Positions 15,001 through 27,583 of a stretch of 64,000 bases of DNA are shown piece by piece. Positions within the stretch are counted from its first letter, which is position 1. Every line of letters starts with the position of its first letter. Origin of the DNA: Nemertoderma westbladi (lineage: Eukaryota > Animalia > Xenacoelomorpha); assembly GCA_032718475.1 (NCBI GenBank), contig JAUCBJ010007707.1, positions 5,051-69,050 on the forward strand, in the 5' to 3' direction. The translations under genes and the position numbers were made by a program. The notes beneath the pieces are model-generated. The model made no database searches. It had not been told where the DNA came from and saw only the letters and a list, made by a program, of their open reading frames with translations.

Positions 15001-18000
15001 TTATTTTAATGGGTGTATCTGCTGAGCCTTACAAGGGAGGGCCTTAATTTATTTTAATGGGTGTATGTGCTGAGCCTTACAGGGACAGGACTTAATTTAT
15101 ATTAATGGGTGTATTTGCTGAGCCTTACACGGGCAGGCCTTAATTTATATTAATGGGTGTATGTGCTGAGCCTTACACGGGCAGGCCTTAATTTATATTA
15201 ATGGGTGTATGTGCTGAGCCTTACACGGGCAGGCCTTAATTTATATTAATGGGTGTATGTGCTGAGCCTTACAGGGGCAGGACTTAATTTATATTAATGG
15301 GTGTATGTGCTGAGCCTTACACGGGCAGGCCTTAATTTATTTTAATGGGTGTATGTACTGAGCCTTACACGGGCAGGCCTTCATTTATTTTAATGGGTGT
15401 ATGTGCTGAGCCTTACAGGGACAGGACTTAATTTATATTAATGGGTGTATTTGCTGAGCCTTACACGGGCAGGCCTTAATTTATTTTAATGGGTGTATGT
15501 GCTGAGCCTTACAAGGGAGGGCCTTAATTTATTTTAATGGGTGTATGTGCTGAGCCTTACAAGGGAGGGCCTTAATTTATTTTAAGGGGTGTATGTGCTG
15601 AGCCTTACAGGGGCAGGACTTAATTTATTTTAATGGGTGTATCTGCTGTGCCTTACACGGGCAGGCCTTAATTTATTTTAATGGGTGTATGTGCTGAGCC
15701 TTACAAGGGAGGGCCTTAATTTATTTTAAGGGGTGTATGTGCTGAGCCTTACAGGGACAGGCCTTAATTTATTTTAATGGGTGTATGTGCTGAGCCTTAC
15801 AAGGGAGGGCCTTAATTTATTTTAAGGGGTGTGTGAATGTGCTGAGCCTTTCACGGGCAGGACTTAATTTATTTTAATGGGTGTATCTGCTGAGCCTTAC
15901 AAGGGAGGGCCTTAATTTATTTTAATGGGTGTATGTGCTGAGCCTTACAGGGACAGGACTTAATTTATATTAATGGGTGTATCTGCTGAGCCTTACAAGG
16001 GAGGGCCTTAATTTATTTTAATGGGTGTATGTGCTGAGCCTTACAGGGACAGGACTTAATTTATATTAATGGGTGTATCTGCTGAGCCTTACAGGGGCAG
16101 GCCTTAATTTATTTTAATGGGTGTATGTGCTGAGCCTTACACGGGCAGGACTTAATTTATATTAATGGGTGTATCTGCTGAGCCTTACAGGGGCAGGACT
16201 TAATTTATATTAATGGGTGTATGTGCTGTGCCTTACAGGGACAGGACTTAATTTATTTTAATGGGTGTATGTGCTGTGCCTTACACGGGCAGGACTTAAT
16301 TTATATTAATGGGTGTATCTGCTGAGCCTTACAAGGGAGGGCCTTAATTTATTTTAATGGGTGTATGTGCTGAGCCTTACAAGGGAGGGCCTTAATTTAT
16401 TTTAATGGGTGTATGTGCTGAGCCTTACAGGGGCAGGACTTAATTTATATTAATGGGTGTATCTGCTGAGCCTTACATGGGCAGGACTTAATTTATTTTA
16501 ATGGGTGTATGTGCTGAGCCTTACAAGGGAGGGCCTTAATTTATTTTAATGGGTGTATGTGCTGAGCCTTACACGGGCAGGACTTAATTTATATTAATGG
16601 GTGTATCTGCTGAGCCTTACATGGGCAGGACTTAATTTATATTAATGGGTGTATGTGCTGAGCCTTACACGGGCAGGACTTAATTTATTTTAATGGGTGT
16701 ATGTGCTGAGCCTTACAAGGGAGGGCCTTAATTTATTTTAATGGGTGTATGTGCTGAGCCTTACAAGGGAGGGCCTTAATTTATTTTAATGGGTGTATGT
16801 GCTGAGCCTTACAGGGACAGGACTTAATTTATTTTAATGGGTGTATGTGCTGTGCCTTACAAGGGAGGGCCTTAATTTATTTTAATGGGTGTATGTGCTG
16901 AGCCTTACAAGGGAGGGCCTTAATTTATTTTAATGGGTGTATGTGCTGAGCCTTACATGGGCAGGACTTAATTTATATTAATGGGTGTATGTGCTGAGCC
17001 TTACAAGGGAGGGCCTTAATTTATTTTAATGGGTGTATGTGCTGAGCCTTACAAGGGAGGGCCTTAATTTATTTTAATGGGTGTATGTGCTGAGCCTTAC
17101 AAGGGAGGGCCTTAATTTATTTTAATGGGTGTATGTGCTGAGCCTTACAGGGACAGGACTTAATTTATTTTAATGGGTGTATCTGCTGTGCCTTACAAGG
17201 GAGGGCCTTAATTTATTTTAATGGGTGTATGTGCTGAGCCTTACAAGGGAGGGCCTTAATTTATTTTAATGGGTGTATGTGCTGAGCCTTACAGGGACAG
17301 GACTTAATTTATTTTAATGGGTGTATCTGCTGTGCCTTACAAGGGAGGGCCTTAATTTATTTTAATGGGTGTATGTGCTGAGCCTTACAAGGGAGGGCCT
17401 TAATTTATTTTAATGGGTGTATGTGCTGAGCCTTACAGGGACAGGACTTAATTTATTTTAATGGGTGTATGTGCTGTGCCTTACACGGGCAGGACTTAAT
17501 TTATTTTAATGGGTGTATGTGCTGAGCCTTACAAGGGAGGGCCTTAATTTATTTTAATGGGTGTATGTGCTGAGCCTTACAGGGACAGGACTTAATTTAT
17601 TTTAATGGGTGTATCTGCTGTGCCTTACAAGGGAGGGCCTTAATTTATTTTAATGGGTGTATGTGCTGAGCCTTACAAGGGAGGGCCTTAATTTATTTTA
17701 ATGGGTGTATGTGCTGAGCCTTACAGGGACAGGACTTAATTTATTTTAATGGGTGTATCTGCTGTGCCTTACAAGGGAGGGCCTTAATTTATTTTAATGG
17801 GTGTATGTGCTGAGCCTTACAAGGGAGGGCCTTAATTTATTTTAATGGGTGTATGTGCTGAGCCTTACAGGGACAGGACTTAATTTATTTTAATGGGTGT
17901 ATGTGCTGTGCCTTACACGGGCAGGACTTAATTTATTTTAATGGGTGTATGTGCTGAGCCTTACAAGGGAGGGCATTAATTTATTTTAATGGGTGTATGT

Positions 18001-18586
18001 GCTGAGCCTTACAGGGACAGGACTTAATTTATTTTAATGGGTGTATCTGCTGTGCCTTACAAGGGAGGGCCTTAATTTATTTTAATGGGTGTATGTGCTG
18101 AGCCTTACAAGGGAGGGCCTTAATTTATTTTAATGGGTGTATGTGCTGAGCCTTACAGGGACAGGACTTAATTTATTTTAATGGGTGTATCTGCTGTGCC
18201 TTACAAGGGAGGGCCTTAATTTATTTTAATGGGTGTATGTGCTGAGCCTTACAAGGGAGGGCCTTAATTTATTTTAATGGGTGTATGTGCTGAGCCTTAC
18301 AGGGACAGGACTTAATTTATTTTAATGGGTGTATGTGCTGTGCCTTACACGGGCAGGACTTAATTTATTTTAATGGGTGTATGTGCTGAGCCTTACAAGG
18401 GAGGGCCTTAATTTATTTTAATGGGTGTATGTGCTGAGCCTTACAGGGGCAGGACTTAATTTATTTTAATGGGTGTATGTGCTGAGCCTTACAGGGACAG
18501 GACTTAATTTATTTTAATGGGTGTATCTGCTGTGCCTTACAAGGGAGGGCCTTAATTTATTTTAATGGGTGTATGTGCTGAGCCTA
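3007..18586. repeat. 48-bp tandem array (~320 copies)
   Basis: Consensus gctgagccttac(aagggagggc|acgggcagga)cttaatttattttaatgggtgtatgt. The register recurs every 240 bp (5 units), and all six frames contain stops. Confidence 0.98.
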
Positions 18587-21109
18587 TTCGACTGACAGTA
18601 TTATATAATCTCTGACAATATTATTCACCTTCGGGGAATATTAACAGTTCCTTTAGGACGTGGCGCTCTATCTATATAAACAGAGTTATGACTTAAACTA
18701 CTCACAACGATATGGCTTAGTTATAATTCACATATATGTCGCATTCTTTAGGAAATGCTTCTTTATCAGTTTCACTCATACACAATGCTGCACAATACTG
18801 CACACTAATATGCACTGTACAATGCGGAAATGTAATATGCGGAAAGCACTGTACACTAAACCCTAAATTAGGTACAAGTACCGGTATAACAAATAATCAG
18901 TAGTTAAATATACTTGAACAGTTAAAAGAACCACGGCATCTGCTGGAGTGACCGAAGCACAAAATCTCCAGTCTTTACCTACGCCGAGCAGCCCTGATGT
19001 AGTACCGGGGTTAGTTTAACTATAACGGTATGTTATGTATAACAAGCACAATTACTGTAGGAATAAACTTGGGGACATGAATGTTGCGAATAATCGCATA
19101 AACTCTGAATAATAAATATTACGCTACCCGTACAGAATACTCAAACAAAATACAAACCAAACGCTGGCAGACTACTATCAAGCCTAAACAAACTACAGTA
19201 TGTGCAGATTCTGAAACTGTTAGTTAGTATGCGTTCTAACACGGTAGTACGACTTACTCTTTAAGAGGGGATTGACCTTACAGCTTATGGCTGCCCCAAC
19301 TTACTAACGGCACTTTATCAGACCAACTCTACACACGCAGCAATCCCTTCAGACCTAAAAATAGCTAGACAACAATCCAGCCTACAAATATTTGAGTAAT
19401 AACTATTACGGTACCTGAACAGACCACACAAACAAACACAGGCTAAAACACTGGCAGACTACGATCAAGCCTAAATAAACTACAGTATATGCAGACTCTG
19501 AAACTGTTAGTTAGTATGCGTTCTAACACGGTAGTACGACTTATTCTTTAAGAGGGGATTGACCTTACTGCATATGGCTGCCCCAACTTACTAACGGCAC
19601 TTTATCAGACAAACTCTACACACGCCGTAATCTCTCCAAACTCAACAACAGTCAGACAGCAGCTCAGCCTACAATTATCTGAACAATCTGAGCAGGGTCA
19701 CACGCCTTCTGCTCAATATTAGCCTACTAGTAAATAAAACCGACAGAAATAAGTAGAATCTCAAATAAAAATCAGGGCGGCCGTTCCCTGATTAAGTACC
19801 AAGACCTACCGGTATACAATAATCAAAATCGAATAATACTAATGTACCTATACAGCAGTACCGGTTCTGGCAGTTGGGCCTACTGACCTACAGAAGTACC
19901 GGTTACTACGGTATCTTGCAACCTTATTGCCTACTGCAATAAGATCGTAACTGTTACTGTTCGCGCTTTTGAAGACCTTTAGCAGTTTAACCTGCCAAAA
20001 TTTATATGTCTTTTAGTTAATTAACACACCTTTAGCATACGACAATATTTTATGCTAATAAACAAAACATTAGCCGAAGCCAGCCCATGCGCGATCATTC
20101 ACCCGATGGATCTACACCTGGGAGGCTGAATTCGGATGCTTAGATTTTATTATTGCAGTGTAAGGTTGCAGTGTAAGCCTACTGTATTATTCGATTGATC
20201 GCTAATATGTAATTTCTGACAGATATTATTAACTTTCGGGAAATATTAACAGTTCCTTTAGGACGTGGCGCTCTATCTATTTAAACAGAGCTAGGACTTA
20301 TACTAAACGCAACGATAAGGCTTATGATTAAAGTATAAGTCGCATTCTTTAGGAAATGCTTTGTTACCAGTCACATCACACTCACAATCATGCACACTAT
20401 TCTGCCGACCGTCAGTATATTTGATCACACATAAAGAGAACAGCAATTGACTCAGGTAGTGTCTACTAAATAACATTAGATTCAATACACACCACATTGA
20501 TATAAATCGCAATTGTTATATATAGCCTGTCTCTCTAACCTGTAGTGTATCAAGAAATTGGGAAATTTGGGTGATTTATCAATATTCTCCAAATGACAAT
20601 ATTTCATCAACAAATCGATACAATTAATAACTGACGGTAAATAGCAGTACAAACAATATGATTAGTGCAGTTAAATTAAGTGAGGTAACACCGCCGGTAA
20701 CAGTTATACTTTCTATAATCTAAGCAGTTTTTGCTAGAGTTGTTCCAAAAGCCGGTGTTATGGCGAAAAATGGGAACACAACAACAGAAACATGTGACTA
20801 CTACCACTATACGAGTATACCAAAAACCTTTATTCCACGAAGCCCCGTTCAACACAGAGGATGAGCATAGAGATAGGAAATTCAGTTCAGTAGCGCTGGG
20901 ATAGGTCGAAATCAACGCCTACGCAAATTCTATTGGCCGACACGAACAGCAAGGCTAAGGCAACCTCTCTAAGCTAGTTGGCCGATTAAACTGAGCCCAG
21001 ATATCTCCGTACAGCACATCAGCCAATAAGCTGGTAGCTTGCACTATTTTAGTTATAAATCCCTTTGAGAGTATTCTAGCGACTCAGTTATCCCACAAAA
21101 GCTTTTACA
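18586..21109 (-). mobile_element. Truncated, rearranged Bel/Pao copy (C'): 5' LTR, part of the leader, and a fragment of a different LTR subfamily
   Basis: 18840-21109 is the reverse complement of the LTR plus leader at 59846-62185. 18586-18810 matches the reverse complement of 42670-42892. Confidence 0.88.
19958..21109 (-). repeat. 5' LTR of copy C' (~1.15 kb)
   Basis: Same termini as the other LTRs (sense TGTAAAAGCTTTT...GCGCGAACA); highly similar to 59846-61053. Confidence 0.9.
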
Positions 21110-21412
21110 AAAAAATTTCGCTCGCTTCGCTCGCGTTTGTTTACGTTTTGCATTGTCATATTGCTCAAATGTCTAAATTTCGCTCGCTTTGAGTTTTGCT
21201 TGCGTTCTGGTGTTTCATTTTCCATTGTGAATTAAAAAATTTTGCTCGCTTCGCTCGCGTATGTTTTTCGTTTTTTTTTTGTTCAAATGTGGTATGCGTG
21301 TTTTTTTTGGTGCATGCGCGGTGGCAGTATATTGTCCAATATCGCGCAGCTGAAAAATTGTGCGCGGTTCAGTGGTAGTTTGCAGCCTGGCCCCAGTTCG
21401 ACCCACAGCACA

Positions 21413-23189
21413 TGTTCGCGCTTTTAGACCTTTAGCAGTTTAACCTGCCAATTTTAGTTGTCCTCTTGTTTATAAATCGACTTTAGCCTATATCGATTAT
21501 TTAGTGCACTGAAGTTACATCAGCCGAAGCCAGTCTGTGCGCGATCATTCACCCACAGTTAAGGGAGACGGGATTCGGGAGCCTTGAGAGTTATTGCAAT
21601 GTAGACCTACTGTATTATTCGATTGATCGTTACTATATAATCTCTGACAATATATTTACTTTCGGGGAAATATTAACAGTTCCTTTTGGACGTGGCGTTT
21701 TAAGTATAAAACAGAGTTATGACTTATACTAATCACAACTAGATGGCCACAGAGTTTCATAAATAGCGCATTCTTTAGGAGATGCTTTATTATCCTTCAC
21801 ACTACTTCACACGACTTCACACTACTTCACACTACTGCGCACTAATCTGCCGACCGTCACTGAATTTATCATATATAAGGAAGATCGCAACTGACACTTG
21901 TAGGGATTATGAAATAGCATTTAATTCACACAAAAACCACTATAATTTAAGTCGCAGTTGCTACCGGTAACCTGTTCCTCTTACCTTCAGTAATCAAGAC
22001 GATTGGGGGTTTTATGATTATTTATCGGTATTCTCCAAATATATCAGCAATATACATCAATATAACAACAATTAATAACAGACCGTAAACAGAAGTAAAA
22101 TAATGCGGTGAACAGTCAGTATGTGTTACGTAATGCATTGGGTTCAGTAATGAGATACAGTACAGGCCACCAGAAACAGCAGATTTCATCCAATGTGATC
22201 ACATGTGAACACATTTGTTCAAGTCATCTGATTGGCAGGTTATGGCGTGTTATCTTCTAGATCACACAGCAGGAGGCTAACTTGCTGGGACCGAAAAAGG
22301 CTTTGTGTGCGGTGCGCCGTATGTCTGATATCAGGTGTATGAGAGAGCCCCCAGGGCGTAACATTGCGGACATGGGCTGTATTGGTAGAGAGAGAACTGC
22401 ATACAAGACCACATGGAATGTATGGGAGTGGATGGATATGTGGATGGAGGAGCCTAGACCATTGAATAATTAATTTAGTGCAGGGAGATGTCACGCCATT
22501 AGTCTGACACTGAGAGGGCACAGAGAAACACGAGAAGATGCCTTGAGATCACTAACTATAGGCCTGCCTACTAGACAGAGAGTTTCCAGATTACTAAGCG
22601 TTTCAAAAGTATTCAATTGCATCCTTTGGCGAAAAAATTTTGGTTGTTGCCAATTCAGATTATGTTCAATTGTCCCGTTCAACAACATTACATTACACTG
22701 GTACACATTTGATAAAATTTGTTCACAATTGTACAAATCTGCGTTTTCTGGTGGCCTGTACTGTAGGTGTCGGGTAATGTTACGAGATAATAGATTTACG
22801 TTCTTGTAATCAAAGCCATCTGATGTTTAGGCCAAAGTCTGAAACTTCCACACAGAAGTACAGAAGAATTCCAAGCCGGTTCTGAGGCTCAGAAAGGTAA
22901 ACAAAGACCGTAATGCATTGCGCGGGGTTCCATAGGCCTCTGTAAGACATAAAGTGAAAATCGCTCTGATTGGCTGAGCAGAAGAAAGAAGTTCCACGTC
23001 CACAAAGAATCAGCTGAGAGATTTCGTCATCTGGGCTCGGATTCCTCCCTTTCACGTAGTTGGATAGATTCAGGGCTATTTTAGAGTATTCTGCGCATTG
23101 CGGCAAAAATGACTTGTTATGTCCTCAAAAGCACCTACACTGCGCATTGCGGGAAAAAATGACTTATTATGTCCGCAAAAGCTTTTACA
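21413..23189 (-). repeat. 3' LTR of copy B (contains a MITE)
   Basis: Direct repeat of 35546-36717 apart from a ~608-bp insertion. Confidence 0.93.
22158..22763. mobile_element. Tc1/mariner-type MITE inserted in the 3' LTR
   Basis: TIRs cagtacaggccaccagaaa...tttctggtggcctgtactg with duplicated TA. The empty site gagaTAggtgtc is present in the 5' LTR (~36290). Confidence 0.92.
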
Positions 23190-23266
23190 CCGCTCCCAGA
23201 AAATGGGATTTAAGTCTATAAAATATAAAAATCATAGTTTCTAAAATATAAAAATACTCTAAACGA

Positions 23267-25829
23267 TTAGTCCTTCTTGCGTGAACGGCGTTTACGAAGT
23301 TTTTTGAGGCTAGCAAGAGTCCTTTTCTCTTTGGGGAGAGCCACTTTACTAGGAGGGCTATAACTCCTGGGTGAGGGGTGCAATACGATTGCATCGGAAG
23401 GTTTAGGGTTACGGTCGGTGTATCCGCCAGTCGAGGTACCCGGTTGATCGATATCAACCTCAGTGGAACGTGGTCGAACAACCTTTAGAGCGCGTTTCAA
23501 GACAGCAGCTCTTACTGGTCCCTGACGGGTCGTTTGCACGAGAGAGAGTGGTAGGCAGACCGTGAGTAGTGAGAAATTTCCTCGGTTTGATGGTTCTTTC
23601 TAACTCGCGTTCTCTGGCTCTATATTCATAGGGTCATCTATGAACTTCCTGTAGTTCTGGATGCGAGTTGATGAACAAGTCACCATATTCCGGATCTTGA
23701 CGGATGAAGTTGATCAAGTTATAGGAATTAAGGTCGTTAGGATTAATGTTCCTGAGGTACTTGCGAACAAATTTGGTTGAAATATTCTCGCCAACACGCT
23801 TCATTAGCTCGTAGCTCGGTGTGCGAGATTTTTGCTCAACGGAAGCAAAGAGATACGGGTGAAACGCATAGACTCTTTCATTGGCACGTCCAGGGTAGTA
23901 TCGATGACATGACTCGCAATGGAGATCCGCGTTAGCTTCCCAGGCTCGATTGTAGCGCAGGGCAACCATTTTGTCTACGCTTTCCAGATCTCGGTTGAAA
24001 GGGCAATTGAAACTTGCATGTCCTTTAAACTGGCAATGATGGCATTGAGTCATAAATCGAGGGCAGACTGCGAAGATGTGTAAGTTATTGAGTCTACAAT
24101 ACGCACAATAGATCTCCATGGTAGGTTGATCTTGAAAGTAGGAGCAGGGTACGCTGGAGTCCACCGGGGTGAAGTGGTCTCGTGATGCGCATAATCGGCA
24201 ACGTTTCCTAGAAACATAATTGGCATGCCGATAATCGTATGCGGTGAGACATTGTGGACTTTGATACCATTCCAGGACGTAGTCGTTGTCACTGCTCCTG
24301 GGCGCTGTGGGTTGAATCTCCTCGGACTCTAAGCAAATTGGTTCGTCTTCCAATTGCATAACTGAGGTAGGTGTAGCTGTCTCCTCAAGCGAACCCACTG
24401 TTTGCACTTCCACGATAGAATAACCTGTGGGGATTCGGGGTCTTTGTATGACAGAGGAATGTAAGTTCTGTATACAAACGTCCTTGAAAATAGCGAAGCC
24501 AGCGCTGTCTAACTTCTCAGCAGCTGAGTCTCTTAGGCTGAGCTTAGTCAGAGCGCGGTCCTTGAACTGACTATCAACGTTACGGAACGGAGTCAGAAAG
24601 CGCCTAAAGCATTAGAATCGGAGGAATTGATTGTATTCCTATTATGTCTTCCATTGATGGTAGAGAGCAGGGGAAGGCCTATGTCGTATTCAGAAATATT
24701 CAGAAATACGATCTCAGTAGGAGGATTCAACATTCGAAGACCATCTCCAAATGAATTTATCCCCAATCACTAAGGGAGGTGAACAACCAGATTTATGACA
24801 CATAATGGTATCAGTTGTTCACAGACTATTAACGTGTCCTTTCAGTCCTTGTATCAATGGCCGTGGACTTGAGGAAATTATTGGTGGTTGATTATCTAAT
24901 CAACAACAAGAGGAGTGGTAGTTGATACTATGAATATCAACACAATGGTACATGGGCTGGAGGTGCAGACACCAATATAAGCATCCAGATCAATAGTAAG
25001 GGATGGGGAGGTTTAGTAGGAGGCGGTATGATCAATACCACGATACCACTATGATTGATCGATCATCTCCCAAAAGCTCCGAGCGCGTTGGGTAGAGAAG
25101 ATGGGAAGAAGAGGGTTTCTCTATCGACGTCTTGTATCCTCGATAGCGATAGATAGAGGGAGAATAGTAGTAGGGAGGAGGAAGGATATGTGGGTAGTAT
25201 CTATAAGATACCACAATGGACATGTTTTCCTTTTACATCCTTACTCATTCTTATTCTTTGATTGTGATACTGATCACAATAATTGCAGGAAGAGGATGAT
25301 GTAAGAGGAAATTACAGCCTCCCGAAGGAGACTGCCTGCGAGCACCCGCGCCCCGGGGAAAACTATTCACATTATGGACCCTGGACATTAACGTATGGTT
25401 TTTCTTCAGCTGGTTCTCCTCTACTTGTCTTTACAAACATTCTTACACATTCTCTCTTTCGAGTCGGTTTCGAATATAATTTTTGTGTTCTATTCTCAGT
25501 TTATCTTTCCGACTCTGCTGGGTATGATATTTAAATAGGATCATTTCCCTTTCGGTATCTGCATCGTCTGTATCGTGTAAATCGATAGGATGACCAGTAG
25601 TTAAGAAGTCCATATACGTACCATTACAATGCGTATAGCGAGCGGTGAATTTTCTATAGTCCGATTCATGCGGAAGCTGTTCCTTCGACATTGGCGGTTC
25701 GATATAACGGCCATCGTCCTCTGTAGTGGGTTGACTAGCGTCACCGCTTATTAAACTATCAACAAACGCTTGAAATGGTAGGGTATATCGCTCCCTGATA
25801 CCAAGATCATCTTCTATCAACTCCGTCAT
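23267..25829 (-). pseudogene. Fragmented extra ORF between pol and the 3' LTR (zinc knuckles, basic C-terminus)
   Basis: Pieces at 25443-25829, 23634-24413 (CRLCASRDH, CAYCRLNNLHIFAVC, CHHCQFKGHASFNC) and 23267-23539 (KKLRKRRSRKKD*). The first and last pieces have homologues in copy A. Confidence 0.65.
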
Positions 25830-27583
25830 AGCTGCTACATGAGTTTATCGATATTATAATTAATTATAATTTAGGCTAGCGGTCGTCGCTGCCTCCCCCT
25901 CAATGCCCCCGGACAGCGCAAGATCCTCAGCGCTGATGTACTGTCATCGCTGTGCCACTCACCAACGTAGTAGCTACACAACGACAACAATAACCAGCGC
26001 GAGTCACTCCACTGTCCGTCCCAAGGGCTTAGAATTACTTCAGGTTCTTGCTACAGAGGCAGGGTAACTTTCACAACTGCGACTCGCTACTGTAAACACA
26101 CTTTAGTAGTAACATTCACCTATAAATGCACAAATTCCATACAACTGTCACAAATTATACACATTCGGGCCATTTGTCCGTTAGTCAAGTGCCTTCCAGA
26201 ATGCCACGTTATTATTATGTATCCCTGGATACTAGCAGTGTGCTATTTATTCCGTATGCTATTCAATGGGGCAAGCTTTCTATTGTTCTTTTAACTCGCT
26301 TCTAATTCTAGCGTGGTTGTTGCTATGGTGACATTATGGAAAGCTAGCAGTAGAATTAGGGTAATTCTTATGCATACAGATCTGGGATGCCATTTAATAG
26401 TAATTCTTTAATTGTCAATATTCCCCTTTATACATGATTTTATGAATTTTATCGGCTATTGACTATACATTGGAGATTCTCTCACACTAATATACTTAAT
26501 AGGGTGAATCTCCGCTCCCATGATCTATTAATTAATGGAATTTTGGGAATGTTATAAATTGTATAAAATGAAAATTTTTCAAATTCATGAGAGGATATGA
26601 ATTTAAATTTATTCCCAGTAAATTTTATTATTTGACACTAAAATAGACACAATTTTATTCCAGAACATGTCTGGGAACTAGGATCCTTAATTCTAGGAAA
26701 TTTGTCTTTTTAAGAGTATCAGTAAGTGCTACGATATCTTAATCGACTAGAATTTTAAAGGATCTGAATTTTAACAGATTTTTGATTTATAGATTTTCTT
26801 GGTTTACAAACTCCTTAGAGTTTATTTGTCTGCTTTTTACTCTATTATAACATTTGTTTTAATAGATTTTATAAATATTTATTAAATATTTAATATTTAA
26901 GATGGGCACCTATTTATTCCAGAACATGTCTGGGGGCGTTAACCACTGATTCTAGAATTTGTCTTTCAAGTATATCGGTGGGTGCCGCGATATCTTAATC
27001 GACTATAATTGCAGATGGTCAAAGGGTTTAAGAGATTTATTTTGCGTTTTACGCTACTGTTAAATGGACATCATTCTACTATATGTATAATTTAATATAC
27101 GGTATGAGAGCAATATTGCAAGAAGCAATGTCAGTGAGAAGAGGCAAATCGTTTCCAAGGTCTACCCAGAGCTTGGTTTAGCCGAGACACGAGGATCTGA
27201 ACTTTGCATTCCTAATACTCTACTTACCAATAATACTTGAGTATAGTAGGGGCGGTATTGTACTTTTAATAAGTATGGACATTTCATCTTACTGTAGTCA
27301 CGTATTTATAATATGATACGGAAGAGAGAAGAGGGAAGAGAGAAGGAAAGAGAAAAAAGAATTATTTCTCGCCATTAAACTAAATATATAATGTTAAGTA
27401 ATTAAGTAATAAACACGAATATATATATTGCACTAATCTACTAAATAATCGCTAAAATAATATTCTACTAAATAAAATTAAAGAAAGCGATTATAATAAA
27501 ATTACATAATAATACATACATAATATAAAAATAATAAAAAACAGATATAAAATAATGTAGTCACACACCCACTCCAGAGGCTG

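Noticed and set aside
3007-18586. CRISPR-like array (constant repeat with variable insert) or long repetitive protein
   Set aside because: The variable part is only ~10 nt drawn from a few recurring alleles, not unique spacers. There are no cas genes, the context is eukaryotic, and all six frames have stops.
24740-24800. GDSL/SGNH esterase motif (PPLVIGD) in the extra ORF
   Set aside because: Short, lacks the catalytic Ser, and lies in a frameshifted region; insufficient support
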